Shown here: piece by piece, positions 33,422 through 53,604 of the stretch
How positions within the stretch are numbered: the first letter of the stretch is position 1
How the letters are laid out: each line of letters begins with the position of its first letter
Assembly (NCBI RefSeq): GCF_009914755.1
Contig: NC_060931.1
Strand: one strand, 5' to 3'
From: the human T2T-CHM13v2.0 reference genome, Homo sapiens
DNA length: 64,000 bases
Notes under the pieces: model-generated
What the model was told of the DNA's origin: nothing
What the model saw: only the letters and a program-made list of their open reading frames with translations
Databases searched by the model: none
Translations under genes and position numbers: made by a program

Positions 33422-33559
33422 CATATCTTTGATCTGGCAGTGCCCATAGCTGAAGACGATGGCATTAGGGGGATTGCCCACAGGCAGCATCACTGCAAAG
33501 GAGATGCACATGGTGACTGGGATCAGGGTGTAGAGGGGGTTAATGTGCAGCGTTTCAGA
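33422..33559 (-). CDS. SLC13A4: SLC13A4 exon 15: SETLHINP...LPVGNPPNAIVFSYGHCQIKDM
   Basis: tag|TCT...ATG|gtgagt; DASS-family motif PVGNPPNAIV. Confidence 0.95.
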
Positions 33560-34819
33560 CTAGAAGAGAGAATTCACAGAAACATTCACGAGATTAGGCT
33601 TGCATTTCCTGTGCTTAATGTCAGGAGCATGCTTTAATGATGACTTGGTGCTGGCTAACCTTAGCAGGACACTATGTGGAGGGGTAGTTAGGTCTCTGCC
33701 CTCTGGGGCATGCAGTCCCTTGACAACCTGAATAGGCTGATGCTGCTTACTTGCTCCACATGGAAATATGGCTTTGAGTTACTCCCTAGAAGGGATGTTT
33801 GATTTTTTTGGTGTTATTCTAAGGAATTGGTTCCTAAACTTTATTCTTTAGCTGAGACTTCCTTTCCTTAAACTCAAATCTCATGAATAGGTTGCTTTGA
33901 TTGAAGTGGGGATTCCTCAGTCTTAGGGTACAGAACTAAGGTGGTTTTTTTTTTTTTTTTTTCCTAGGGAAGATAATTGTTTTATATGGGATTTGAATCC
34001 ATGGTCCTGCTCTCAATGTTGCCAAGTTTTAACTGCACTCTGTTGCTCGCAGGAGCAAGATGACGGAAGGGAGAAGTTGGGGTCATCTGAGCAATGAGCA
34101 GAGAGTATGGCTCTGGGGTTAGAAAGAGCAGTAGGAGACTATGTTGCTGGGGTCAGGAGGGGCCTTCATTTCCTGGATTCTGCCTCCCAGAATGGGACAG
34201 ATGAAGCATTGGGTCAGATGCATCACCTTTCCGGCTGCTTGGCCAGGCTAAGATCTGGCCGTTGCTCCCCTCCCTTATTCTATTCACAACAAATTGGTCT
34301 GAGGTTGTGGAGCAAAGCTGACCTTGCTCCCAATCCTCAGAACTTCCCGGAGGACAGTGAAACTCAGTGGAGGCTGTGATGATTGTCTGAGTTGTGAGCT
34401 CAGTCTTTTCAGCTGTGTGTGTTTTACCTCCATTTTCTGTGGCTACCTCTTTGGCCCTACTCAGGTTTTATCTCAGGAGAGAAAGGTTGATAATGATTGC
34501 GGGGAATTGAAATGATAGGGTTTGAATATTATTTTGTATGTTCTTTGGTTTCCACTCAGGGCTGCCCCTAAACTAATCCTACTCTTTTGGACAAAGGTTT
34601 CTAGAACTCTTGCTATGATTTATTAGTGTATCTTTTTATTTACTAGTTGCTATTTGAAAAACTTCATTTTTCAAAATAGGAATTGAACACCAATTAGTGA
34701 AGGCTGTGGGCAGTAACCAGAGGAGAGCCTACAGCTACGGAAGCTGCCCTGAGCCAGGCCTGCCACTCCAGGCCCCTGGGACAGCCTGTCTGGATGTCTG
34801 GGAGCTCCGCATTACTCAC

Positions 34820-34981
34820 CAGGCTGCACAGGATGGGCAGGAAGATGGTGATGGTTGCTGGGTTGCTCACAAACTCAGTGACAATGGACACGAGGATGCA
34901 TGCCAGCAGGGTGACAGCCCACGGTGGGAGGCTGCTCAGGGACAACATCTGGTTCCCAATCCATGTAGAGAGGCCAGAGCT
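34820..34981 (-). CDS. SLC13A4: SLC13A4 exon 14: SSGLSTWIG...TEFVSNPAT...LCSL
   Basis: cag|AGC...CTG|gtgagt; 162 nt; second SNT-like motif. Confidence 0.95.
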
Positions 34982-35671
34982 CTGTAGGAAGAGGTGTTAC
35001 AGTAAGAAGAAAGGAGAAGAAGCACATCCCAGCTAGAGATCTTAGACTTCAGAAGGTCAGGGATGTTGGAAGGCTGGACGACCAGGGATCCTCTGATCTT
35101 TAGTCTGACTGGAACCAGAGGTGTTCCTGATTTTTATGGTTCGATCATTTTTGTAGTTCAGAAAATTGGTTTTTATGATTGCACAACATTCAGTGTTTGG
35201 GTTTCGTCATGGGACATGGAGAGCCACCCTAATTGCCATGATCCTTCTTAGGACTTTGCCATGACAACTTGTCAGAGGTTGGAGATCTTTGCTCCTCAAC
35301 TTCAGTCTCGTTACCCTTTCTCTAGCCTCTGACATCCTTACCCTGTGCATTGATTCGACAATGCCCTTCACAGAGTGCCAAGTATAGCCATTTAATCTGC
35401 TTTTGAAACCAGTTTATTTTGTTACCTAAAAAAGGGAAAAATTTATCAACATCTGTGGATAGTAGCCTTTCCTGTGTTTTTAAGGAGATGAACAGGCAGG
35501 GCTGAGCACTGGAGGTTTTACAGGAGTAATAAAGTAGAGGGGGATAAAAGTCTATTTCCACTTAGTGGAGAAGGTGCCTCTTAAGTGCCATGGAGGCTGG
35601 TCATTCAGCCCCAACCTGTTTTAGGTTCAAATCTCATCATGGCTGACATTAGTTCTACTATCTGTCAGGAA

Positions 35672-36569
<898 letters not shown>

Positions 36570-37102
36570 CTAGAAACTGCGAATGCAATGACAATATGGA
36601 GAGCAGGGACAGAAAGGAAGGTGAGACATTTATGATTCCTCAAGCTCTTAAGTCCTGCTACACATGTTTTACTATTAAATACCGCCTTCCCTACACTGCC
36701 AGCATGTTACTTTTTCTCCTCTCTTCCAAATTCATCAAAAGCTCATTTCATCTCTACAGTACCCTGGCCACCTCCTGGCAAGCTCATAGACAACTGAGGA
36801 CCAAAGGCCTTCAGAATTCTCTCTGTTGTAGCCACTTCACCTTGTAGAACTTTTCTTCCTTTTTTTCCTCTCAACTCACTGAGAGCTTACAAACCCAATA
36901 TGTGCAGACTGCATCAATTAATGCTTGTTTCAGAGCCCCAAGGCCTCCAGGAACTCTTTAATTGTTCCCTCTGGTAACACATTAAACCTTGCTCATTGGA
37001 CAGAGGCAGGGGAGGAACAGCAGTTAGTTGAATGGAAATGGTACATTATATAAAGAGATGGAGTTTTACTTAACATGTTATCCAAATAGTACTGGTAAGT
37101 AA

Positions 37103-38482
<1,380 letters not shown>

Positions 38483-39109
38483 CAATTTTGGTTAAAAAAA
38501 AAAATAAAATCTTGCCAGGCCAATCTTGTCAGAGGCCAAAACTAACAACTGAAATTCAATAAAGATAAATATAAATATCCCGAACTTGGAATGAGAAATA
38601 TTGATGGCATATATATAGGATGGGGTGAAGGTCCAGTAATGATGAACAGTTAAAAAGAATGAAGGGTTCTAATTGACTGCAGTTTTAATATAATTGTTGA
38701 CATGAGTGCCAAGGATGCTTTATAAAAGCTTCCATAAAAATGCAGGGTGCTGCTTGAATCAGAGGTGAGAGATGGGGCTTGGGTAATATAACTACTCTAC
38801 TTGGCAGTAGACTGACCACCCCATAGACTATGTTTGAATAAGGCCAAGTGTAGTGAGTCCTGAGGAGAGAGACCAGATGGTATGGGTCACTACTACTTGA
38901 TTTTTTCATGTTAATAATTATTATCTAGGAGAGGGTCCCAGAGAACAGAGCTAGAGCCAACAGTGGACAGACAACATGCAGAAGACCTGAGCTGAAAATA
39001 AGGAACAATTATTCTTTGTTCCCTGCCCAGGGAGTACCTTGTCACTGGAAGTGTCCAAGCCAGAAGTGCCATGGAGGGGAATCTCACCATGGGCAGGAGA
39101 TAGGACTCA

Positions 39110-39518
<409 letters not shown>

Positions 39519-40184
39519 TTAGCATGGGATAATGCATGTAGATGAGATGGAGGGAGAAATAGTCTGAACCTTAACCTAATTCATTCTTAAGATTGTTTTC
39601 TATTTTATGGAGGGCTAACACTTTAGGAAATTCAATCATCCCCTCACATCCCCACCCCACTTAAAAGATCTCATCCAAAATCCTCCCAGTCAGAAAATCA
39701 AGAAGCATTTACATCAGCTTTAGCCTAGATTTTCCAAAGGGGCTCAGTCTATGTATTGTGGACAGACAGTTCACCATGTGTCACTTGGAGCATCTCTGGT
39801 CCCTTACAGAGATCGCCTATTACCACTCCTATTACCTATTACCTATGTCTATCTCCTGTTACCATCTCCTATTGCCACTGTCAAATCCCAGAAGGAGATG
39901 GCTGCAAACTCCAATAAACCTTTTGCTTGTAGCAGCATGGGCCCCATAGATGAACTATCAATGCCCATGTGTCATGACTGTGTGGCACAGCCCATCTGTT
40001 CCTCTGTTCCTAGTAGCGCTGAGAAGCTTAGGGCAGCAGAGGACATCCATCCTGCTCTATTGTTTCCCTTCCCAGGGACTCTGTGAACATTCTCAGCTGC
40101 TTTGAGTCTTTCCTCCCATGCCCATAATGACTCATTAGGTAAAGATGCTGGAAAAGTATTTGACCCATAAGAACAGAATTCAAG

Positions 40185-40496
<312 letters not shown>

Positions 40497-40500
40497 TTAC

Positions 40501-40625
40501 CTTGCTACCAGAAGCCAGAGCATAGCCTCCCCCAACCAGAATGACAATCTCCCAGGGCATGGTCTTCTGGAAGTCCTTCCACGTGATGATGGGCTCGGTC
40601 CCCAGTGAGTGCTCCTGGTTCTCTC
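40501..40625 (-). CDS. SLC13A4: SLC13A4 exon 13: ENQEHSLG...[19 protein letters not shown]
   Basis: cag|GA...AAG|gtaatt; 125 nt. Confidence 0.95.
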
Positions 40626-40847
40626 CTGGATTAGAGAGAGATGTAAAGCCAGATAAACCCTGATGGACGTGATTTGTGGAGACAGGAGCCTAATTGGTGA
40701 AGTGGATGATTTGGGATACTGCTATTTGGGGCGGGGGCCGGGAGGGGGGTGGGAATCTGAAGGACCTTGGTAAATCTCTTTGGGAGTATTAGTCTGATTT
40801 GGGTATTCTTCAACTAGAGCTACCCCCAGTTTCTTCCCTTCTCTCAC

Positions 40848-40945
40848 CATCATTCTTTTTCCCAAAGCAGGGCTTCTTCGCTGGAATGAGGAAGAGGAGG
40901 AAGCCAAGGAAGACAGAGACTGTGGCATCAGTACGGTAGCCTTTC
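40848..40945 (-). CDS. SLC13A4: SLC13A4 exon 12: KGYRTDATV...CFGKKND
   Basis: tag|G...G|gtgaga; 98 nt. Confidence 0.95.
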
Positions 40946-41622
40946 CTAGTAAAGAGACAAGCATAGCTGAGGAGAAGGGTCAGGAATTTTCAGGAGTAAC
41001 ATGATGTCTCGGAGCAGTCTGTCCGAACACAGTGCCTCTTTTTAGGACTTATCTAGAGGTAACATTAAGCTTAGTTCTTGCCAGTTGCTGCCACGCTATC
41101 CACTTTGGATTTAATGGGCAATGGCGAATGTCTGGAGGCAGGGCCTGGCTAGAGTAGATGTCTTAATGTGAATTTGTGAGCCCGTTAATTGGGGCAAGTC
41201 CTAGATGGAGTGATCAGGAGTGGAGTTGGTTAGATAAAGGAGAATAGAAGAGGATGAGACCTCTTTCCTATGAAGGCCACACCTCCATGTGCCTCCCTTC
41301 TCAAGTGAGAAGTTGATTTCTTCTTTACAGTTGGTACTTTATAGATGTTTCCTCCTTTAACTTTCATAACCACCTATGAGGTAACCAAGCTTCCAAGAGC
41401 TTATGTAATGAGACTACATGCAGCACTGGATTCCAACCCCAGACCGGGACTCCAAAGAGTGTTTTTCCTTCCTGATTTCACACTGCAGCCTCCCTAAAAA
41501 GAGTGGATTTCCTGGGGAATGAAATCTTCCTGGCTTCATATCTGCCCCTGAGAGTCTATGAAGTCTTGCCTGAAGAATTGGGGTGAGGGGGTTGTTCTTA
41601 AGGAGGAAATGATATCACTTAC

Positions 41623-41724
41623 TTTTCAAAGAAAGAATCCCAGCCAGGGACAAAGCCAGGCTCCCGGGTAAACCACAGTACGGTCATCAGGATGAAGAAA
41701 AATCCAGTCACCATTTCTGGGTAG
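41623..41724 (-). CDS. SLC13A4: SLC13A4 exon 11: YPEMVTGFFF...LWFTREPGFVPGWDSFFE
   Basis: tag|C...AA|gtaagt; 102 nt. Confidence 0.95.
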
Positions 41725-42119
41725 CTATAAAATAAAACAGAAAGACCCACTCAGGAACTGAGAAATTTCTCCTAGCTTTTTCACTTTGCTTCTGGAAGCT
41801 TCTGTATTTAGAGTTTCAATACCCTAGACATAAAACACACTCACTGCCTAACCACTATGAATGGCTGACAGTGAGATGAGGAGAAGACTGAGTGGCCCCA
41901 GAAAACATGACATTAACCATGTTCCTGGAGAAACTTCAGTAGAAAGGGCAAGAGAACACAGCACTGTACATTTGTAAAATAATTTCAAATACAGCCTACA
42001 AGGAGAGTGCAGTGAAATAGGCAGCCCCAAACACTGTGCTGGTGGGAGGAGGAATTGCTACAACCTTTTTGAGGCCATTTGATGATACACATTAGAAGCC
42101 TTAAAGTTGGTCATTCCCT

Positions 42120-42400
42120 GGCTGGGTGTGGTGGCCCACGCCCGTAATCCCAGCACTTTGGGAGGCCGAGGTGGGCGGATCATGAGGTCAGGAGATGGAG
42201 ACCATCCTGGCTAACACAGTGAAACCCCATCTCTACTAAAAATGCAAAAAATTAGCTGGGCGTGGTGTCACGTGCCTGTAGTCCCAGTTACTCGGGAGGC
42301 TGAGGCAGGAGAATCGCTTGAACCCAGGAGGTGGAGGTTTCAGCGAGCCAAGATTGTGCCACTGCACTCCAGACTGGGCAAAAGGGTGAGACTCCATCCC

Positions 42401-42430
<30 letters not shown>
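42120..42430 (+). mobile_element. AluS/Y within an L1M remnant
   Basis: TSD agttggtcattccc. Confidence 0.88.
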
Positions 42431-42431
<1 letters not shown>

Positions 42432-43449
42432 GTTGGTCATTCCCATCATCTAACCAGAAATGCATACTGAGACATTAATTACCTATTAAAAAATGGAAGC
42501 ATCCTCTATATCCAATGGTATTTCATGACACTGAATACATTTTGATACAACTCTGTGTTAAAATGAGATGCATCCATTGATAATCCCATTTCCACAGCAG
42601 AGTTAAGGATGTGGAACATACTGTACTGAGAGTACAAAGTTGAGTTGAGAAAGGCAAGGTATACAACAGTTTCAGTGTGGACTGAATTTTACCAAAAATA
42701 CATAAGAGTTTTGCACAAAAAAGCATGGAAAGAAGTGTTAACATTTGTTAACATGGGGTGCTAAGAATCCAGTCAATTTTGATTTTTTTCTTATACTGTC
42801 TTGTATTTTTGAAATGTTCTACAATGAACATGTATTCCTTTTATAACTTAAAGCTTTAAATAAGACAGTGTCTACCTGGATTGTTTTATGCAAAGTTGTA
42901 TGTGCCAATTGCCATAAAAGGAGAAATAGCACTAAATAGGAAGCTGGGTCCCTGTGGAAAAGCTGATGGAAGTGGCTGAGGGTTGGTTAGTGATTTCTTG
43001 GACGCTCTCTCTCCAAGTCTGTCTTTGATACTGCCTTATACCCTAAATATAGCACAGAGTCTCCCATCTCCCTGGGAGTGATAACCGCACCACTGTGGTG
43101 GCGCGTCTGAGCAATGAGAGGTGGCCTGGCTTTGGAAGGAATTCACATTTTCCAAGAGGGTGGCTGTGCTGTCTTTCCCTTCTTCTGCCTCTGTCTGCTC
43201 CATGGTCAGCACTCCACCCCATGCCATGGCTATACCCTGGACTCTGAATAGAGCAAAGGGGAAGGGTGGCCACCTGAAATCTGGGCCAGCTTGGCTTTGG
43301 CACTAAATAGCATCTTCTAAAGGCCTGATTCAGAGTTGTGGAAAATTCTCCCAGTGTCAGGGATTGTCAGGAACAGGGCTGCTCCTGTGCTCACTTTACC
43401 TGCTGTGTTTCTGCTGGAAAAGGAGGGAAGAGGAATGGCTGATTTTTAC

Positions 43450-43551
43450 CTAATGTCTCCCAGTTTTTCATATTCTTCTTGGATCCTCTTCTCTGACAAC
43501 TGTTCCCTTTTGGTCTTCTTCTTCTTGCTCAGAGAGCAGGTCTCTTTAAAA
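43450..43551 (-). CDS. SLC13A4: SLC13A4 exon 10: FKETCSLSKKKK...EEYEKLGDI
   Basis: cag|T...AG|gtaaaa; 102 nt. Confidence 0.95.
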
Positions 43552-44680
43552 CTGAGAAGGGAGAATGAGCAAATGATTAAAGAAAACACACTTCTGAGGC
43601 CCAGAGATCAAATATTAGGTAAATACTAAACCGCTTGCCTGCTGTGGTCACTTTTCTCCTCTTTCACATGCTCTATCCCTCTATCCCCCACCTATTCATA
43701 TGGCTTTTATCTGCCAAGTTATCCGGCCTCTCATCAACCTTCTCCCCTAGCCTACTGGGGATATCCATCTGGGTCTGTCTCTGGTGTATTGGTGTGAAGT
43801 GATGTCTCAGGGACTTGTGCAAGTGTATTCGTGTGGGGTCATTTCTACCTACTTGTCTTTTACGTAAGTAAAATAATCAGTGTAATGTGGTATATGTGTC
43901 TAGATGTATAAACTAAAACTTTTATTCCACTATGTGTCTAGATGTATAACTAACATTTTTACTCCAGAGAAGCTTTGTCTCTAGCCAAACAAACACACAA
44001 ACATCTGCGTATATGGAACACACAGTGTTAGTTTTATGTTAGCAATACTGGAGTTAAGAAGTATATAGTTATCATTGGTTTGACAACAGTCTGAGTAAAA
44101 AGAAAAGTCAGAGAACATTTCTTGACCAATGGGAGCATTGGGTTACATGGACTAATAGCAAAACATTATATTATCTTCCCTTATGTGTTTGAAACTGATC
44201 AAATTTGGAGTAGACTGACTTGTTATTTTGAGGCATATGAGCATATTTTATTCAGGCTACTAAGTATAAATCACCCATGCCTATAAAGTTAAACCTAATG
44301 CAAATTCTACTTAGAGTCATATTTTTTATTTCCTATTTCTTGGAGTAATTGGAAGTGCTCTGTATGCTTTGAGAGCAATAAAACAACATTAAATACTCTT
44401 CACCTCAGACTTTGTATAAACTGGACAGGCTCTCTAACCATTTAGTTGGAATTAAGAACATTTCGTTGTAGAGCTGAGAGTGAAGTGCAGAGTTCACAAA
44501 TGTTTAGAATGTCTAGAAGAGACAGCACCTGACTCTCAGACCAGACCACTGCATTCTCCTTGGGCATCCTCTGTGGTTACTTGGCAGTCCCCCTTGCACA
44601 GAGCCATCCAGGGCCCATGCCATGGCCTTTGGATCAACAGGGGGGCTTCAGTGCTTTGCTGAAAGGGCCCTGGAACTCAC

Positions 44681-44800
44681 TTGCAGCCCAGGAACAGCCA
44701 GTGCATCCAGAACCAGCTGACCACCAGCATGATGAGGGATATGGGGAAGCTGAAGAGGAACCAGGTGCCAAAGTTCACCACCTCTGCGGCTGGATACTGG
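44681..44800 (-). CDS. SLC13A4: SLC13A4 exon 9: QYPAAEVVNFGTWF...WLFLGC
   Basis: cag|C...AA|gtgagt; 120 nt. Confidence 0.95.
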
Positions 44801-45529
44801 CTGGAGGGTAAAGAACCAGGTCAGCAATTAGAAAGGGAGGGTTTCCATATGGTATTTTGGGGTAGTATGCCAAATGCTCCCTAAAACATACAGCTGGGCT
44901 AAGTGGGGAGATAATGATAACGATATGGTAAAACGTTGCCTAGGACTCATTTAGTTGACAGTTGCAATTGTACAGAGCCCAGACAAGAATCATGAAACTA
45001 GCTAAAAAAAGGAATCAAAACAACTAAAATTAATATCATTAAAGTGTATATACTTTGCACTCAAGAGAATGACTCAGGACGTGTTTGCCCTTAAAGATTC
45101 TGCTAAGTTTATTCATCTGGTTTTCAAGGCAACAGAAAATGGAACAGCTTGGTATACTTTGTTTCTAAAATCACCAAAGGAATGTAAGTTTTGATTGGGG
45201 GACACAATTCTGGAGAATCTGGAGCTTTAGGGCTTAATGAAGTTTTTAGATATTAATGGTGCCCATAAGAGAACCAGGACTTGGAATCTCCAAATCTTTA
45301 TCAACATCCACTGGTCTCAGGGTAGAGGGGATTTGTATGGGGAACTGCTCATTCATCAGCAGGCAGAGCTGTGGCCCCTCAGCCCAAGTGCTGTTTCCTG
45401 GGGAGCCTGGATGGACCACGCGAGAGCTGTGGCTTTTGCCTAGACGAGGCTCAGGCCTAAATGACCTATGCTGTGTTTTCCTTGGGTCTCTGTTTTTGGG
45501 GCTGGGCGTAAAACTCCTCAAGTTGTGAG

Positions 45530-48550
<3,021 letters not shown>

Positions 48551-48674
48551 TGTTTTTCCCTCTTTCTACGGAAACTCTTCTATTCTCATTTTCTACCATA
48601 TCTCTAGCACCTAGTCCAGTTCCTGACACACAGTGGTGGTTAGTAAATATTTGTTGACCAAGTGAATCACTTAC

Positions 48675-48859
48675 TTGTTGAAGTGTTCCAGGAAGATGAG
48701 GCTGGTGGAGGTGCCGATGATGGTGGTCAGGCCGCCAATGGTAGCGGAGTAGGATATGCTCAGGGAGAGGCACTTGCAGATCATCTGGTCATGGTGGGAC
48801 CTGTACTTTCTGTTCAGCTTCTGCTTCCTGGGGCTGGGGGTCAGGACTTGTGGCTTTTC
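48675..48859 (-). CDS. SLC13A4: SLC13A4 exon 8: EKPQVLT...SATIGGLTTIIGTSTSLIFLEHFN
   Basis: tag|GAA...AA|gtaagt; 185 nt. Confidence 0.95.
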
Positions 48860-48949
48860 CTAACGAAGGAAAATCAGCAAATCTGTCCAACCCAGCTTGG
48901 GCTGTCTGGCCGAAGCATGAGAGGCAGGAGGCACCATGGTACAGCGGAA

Positions 48950-49155
48950 AGGGTTTGAGCTTGGGTGTCAGAAAGACAAATCACAGTTTCTACCATTTGT
49001 CAACTTGGGCATGCATCTGAGCTGCAGTTTCTTCTTTGTAAAATGGTGGAAACCATATTTTCTCTGCTGAATTGTTGTGAAGAGTAAATGAAGTAATATA
49101 TGTAAAGCGCTTAGAACACTTCCTGGCATTTAATGAATGGTAGGCTATTATTATT
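48950..49155 (+). mobile_element. MIR
   Basis: tgtaaaatgg...ttgttgtgaagagtaaatgaagtaatatatgtaaagcgcttagaaca. Confidence 0.75.
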
Positions 49156-49965
49156 TTTGTGATTAATGTTATTATTGACAGCATGGCTTTTTATTTGAAC
49201 TCCTGTAAAACTGGTGTCACTCTACATTGTGTTTGAATAACAAACAGATGTTATTCCTGTAGAGTTAGAATGACAGGATTTGGCCTTCCCCTCAGGCCCT
49301 TTCTAATCCTACCAAGACCCATCAAGCTACCTCTGAATATCTCTCAAATCTGGCCATTCAAGTCCATCAAACCCTGATGGAGAGATGACTAAAAAATACA
49401 CCTGGATTACATAAAAACCCTAGTCTTCATTGGGAAGAGGGTTGAAGTGTGATTATTTCCTCCTTCCCTTCCTCATTCTTTTCTCCTTGCCTGACTTTTC
49501 CTCTCTACTTTTTTCTTCCCCCTTGCAGATAAACTTCAGTTTAGTTGTGGTCCTCTCTGAGCCTGCTTGGTCCAGATGACGGCCTTTCAGGGTCAGAGAG
49601 GTTGCTGAACTCTGGTCTCAAGTGTTTCCTGAAGAAGCAAGTCCCTCCTGTTCCCTTCACACCTGGCCACCTTCACTGATTCTTCATGAGACTAGGAAAG
49701 TCCTGGTGCAATTGTCAGCAAGTCAGGTCATGAAAGAACCAATGGGGAAGCGCCACCTTGCCACATCTCTCAAAGCCCTTTCCCACTGCCCCATCTTCCT
49801 AGTGGGGCCGAAGTATGGCTGACCCTCCAGACCTCTAAAAGATCCATTGATTAACAGAGCTGGAAGAGACCTCAAAGATTCTTTGGTCCAGTGGTTTTCC
49901 ACAATCCTTTCTTCTACTGAAATTTTACACAGAATAGTATAAGTGTAGCAATTGGATACATCCTT

Positions 49966-50246
49966 ATTTTTTTGAGGCAGGGTTTCACTCTGTTGCCCAG
50001 GCTAGAGTGCAGTGGTGCCATCATAGCTCACTGCAGCCCTGACCTCCTGGGCTCAAGTGATCCTCCTACCTCAGCCTCCTGAGTAGCTGGGACTACAGGC
50101 ATGCACCACCATGCCAGCTAATGATTTTACTTTTATTTTTAGTAGAGACGAGATCTGGCTGTGTTTCCCAGGCTGGTCTTGAATTCCTGAGCTCAAGTAT
50201 CCTCCTGTCTTGGTCTCCCAAAGTGCTGAACCACCGCACCTGGCTG
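49966..50246 (-). mobile_element. AluJ
   Basis: Reverse Alu consensus. Confidence 0.85.
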
Positions 50247-50990
50247 GCATGCATCCAATTTTGTAATTGGAAGTATATTGATGGGTTAATTGCATGTGGT
50301 CAAGGAGACTTGGATTTGAATCAGAATGCTCCCCTATCTAGTTCCTTGGTCTTGGGTTATGATTTCATCTCTGCCTTGTTTGCAAAAATGGAGCTCAAAA
50401 TCGCTACCTCATTGAGCCAAGACCATAGAAAAAATGCTGAGTGCAATGATTGATACATAATAAGCATTTAATAAATGGTGGCAGTTATTTATGATGATGG
50501 ATATTAAACAAGTGAGACTGTTTTGATGAACACAGACATTTGAAATCAAGGGTCGTAAGTGACAGTTGCTATTTTATACAAGCCTCAACATTCATTCGAC
50601 TTCTGCATTTTGTTTCAGAGGAATCGTGCCAGGAAGACAATTATTAGTTCAGAAAAGCAGGTGCCTTACAATCTTAGGATACTCAAATAAAATATTTGCA
50701 GTGTCCCTGAAGCACCTTTGAAGACTAGTTTGAGGACCTCTGATCTACACCAAACCCCAGCTTTTATCGTTGAAGACACTGGGGCTCAGGCAGTGGACTG
50801 TCTTGCTACAGTCAAGTGAGCTTGATGTCTCACCTCCATGGCGCACACAGGCCAGACATGTATGAGAGTAATGAGTGCCTGGTGACAGCTCACTAGCCTG
50901 ATTCCCTTACGACTTCAAGACCAGTGCCCTTGGGAAGCAGTTCACAGCGTTTCATGTAGGAAACAGAGCTAGAAGGGGCCGTTCTATTAC

Positions 50991-51071
50991 CTGGGATGGG
51001 TGTTGCTTCTTGCCCTGGTGTTGGTTTGCAGTTTTGATGGGGTTGGTGATCGAGGGCACACCATTCAGGTT
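50991..51071 (-). CDS. SLC13A4: SLC13A4 exon 7: NLNGVPSITNPIKTANQHQGKKQHPSQ
   Basis: cag|AAC...CAG|gtaata; 81 nt. Confidence 0.92.
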
Positions 51072-51417
51072 CTGTTGGGACAAAGGCCATCTCACTATTA
51101 GGAAGAGGAAGTGGTGAGCCAGGTGCCTCGAGAAGGACCACCTAGTCATCCCAGGGCCACCCCATGCCTCAGCACTGTGGGAACCAGAGGCCAGAAGCCA
51201 GGGGGAGCATATACACCAGGGCACCTCAGCCAGGCCTGCCCCGCCCAGCCTGGTGTCAAGCTCTCCACTTGAAGAGGCTTTGAAACTAGGCAGAACATGG
51301 CTCTGCCCTTACAGGAGAGCCAGCCTTTCTGGGACTTTATTAGCTAATGAAGAACCCTTTATATATAAGATGAAAAAAAAGAAAATAAAAAAAAAAATAA
51401 TCACAAGCAAGTCCACA

Positions 51418-52000
<583 letters not shown>

Positions 52001-52156
52001 TAATAATAACATTTTGTCAATGGAATCCTCACTGAAGGGAACTCTAAGGTGGATCTGTGGCTGTTGAAAATCTGGTTCTGAATCTTGGGTTTCCATGAAG
52101 AAGTGCTGAGGGATTTTCAAGTGATTCCAAAGCACAGAAAAACCCCAAGGCCATAC

Positions 52157-52196
52157 CTCGTTGTGCATCAGAGTGGTGAGGTCTGCGTTGGACCTG
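52157..52196 (-). CDS. SLC13A4: SLC13A4 exon 6 (40 or 37 nt, NAGNAG acceptor): (R)SNADLTTLMHNE
   Basis: ttcCAG CAG|GTCC...GAG|gtatgg; frame continuous with exons 5 and 7 for either acceptor. Confidence 0.92.
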
Positions 52197-52648
52197 CTGG
52201 AACCAAGCAGAGGACACAGAAGCCACGTCAGTGAGGCCGACTCTTGGGAGGGGAGGTCCCCCTGCATCAGGCGTTTGGTGTAAGGGACTTAAACTCTCTG
52301 GATTCCAGTTTTCTAGTCTCCAGAGAAGACTAATCTCTCCCTTGTCTTCCTTGCCTTCTGAGATGCTGTAAGGATTAGTGGGGCCAGGGGCCTGCTTCCT
52401 TCTGAGGGCAGGGGCAGCACTTTCCTTTGATATTAACAATCGTCCTAACAGCAGATGTGGAGTGGATATTAGATACAGAGTGCACATATATGGGCTTTAA
52501 CCCCCAGACATTGTTAATCCTCATCACAGATCTATGGTCCTGGCATTCATACCTCCATTTACACCAGTACTTAGCACGGGGATGCTAAGTGGCAGAGGAG
52601 GGTAGGAGTCCAGGAGTCTGTCTCTCTGGAAAGCCTATGCCCCCTGAC

Positions 52649-52714
52649 CATGTTCTCACTGGCTGACTCTCATGTTCTCACTGGCTGACTCTCATGTTCT
52701 CACTGACTGACTCT
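52649..52714. repeat. 22-bp minisatellite x3 (catgttctcactggctgactct)
   Basis: Three adjacent copies, one mismatch. Confidence 0.95.
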
Positions 52715-53604
52715 GGGAAGACCACTATCTAGAAAGGGGAACTTGTGATATGCGTATCGGAGGTGACAGGAGCAGGGAGGGCCTGGATTGTACTCAGGGA
52801 AAGTCAAGGGAGAGGGAGAGGGTGGCGGAGGGGGAGGACTTCTGATCAGCAAGTACACCTCAGGGGGTGAGTCTCTCCCACCCCTGCTGGTCCCCAACCT
52901 TTGCCTTGAGGACAGAAGAAGATGAGAACTTAGCCATCAGTGTAACTGACACACTGAGTGATCAGTGAATGTTTCCAGTTTGTCTTAGTTGCGAGGACAG
53001 TGGGAGCCACCAGCTCAGCCACTGTGAAGACAGAGAGCGTATTGGGCACACACATGCGGGATGTGGGTCCTGCGGCCATGGTCCCTCTTCAGGCTCTGTC
53101 AGGGAAGGATAAGAAGCTGACAGGCGTGCAGAGGGAAGTGTTCTTTGGAGTGAGTTCTTAGCCTGGGAGGAGAATGTGCTGTGATGTTTCCCTTCCCTTC
53201 TTCCCAAACTGGGTGAGGAGGGTAGGCGAGGATCCTCAGGTAGCATGGGAGGTGGTGGCCGCAAGAGTGCTGTCTGCACACCCAGCAAATGACCCAGTTC
53301 CCACCAGCACAAAAGATGCTTAGAGTTCTAGGGACAACTCAGGCTTTTCTTTTGGAGTTTGGGGATACATTTTTGTGTGGAAAAGAGCAAAGGCAAGAAG
53401 CCAGTAGGGTGATGCCAGAGAGGCCACAGGGAGGAGAAAAGGCCACAGTGAGGATGGCCTTTTCCTGGGTCACCTGGGACAGGCCTGCCCAGAGGCAGAG
53501 GCAGCCCCAATACAGGGGTTGTGGGGGAGTTAACCACCAGAGCACAGGCCCTGGAGGGTGGCGTGAGTGTTAATCCCAGAGCAAGGCCCTGCCATCAGGC
53601 CTGA

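Noticed and set aside
33983-34040. tRNA-like fragment on minus strand (similar text at ~57190-57250 on +)
   Set aside because: Too degenerate for a cloverleaf; at most an ancient tRNA-derived SINE remnant, unverifiable by eye
52649-52714. Short direct-repeat arrays (also 11304-11350, 43893-43967, 55150-55209) as CRISPR-like
   Set aside because: Eukaryotic context, no unique spacers, no cas genes; simple tandem duplications
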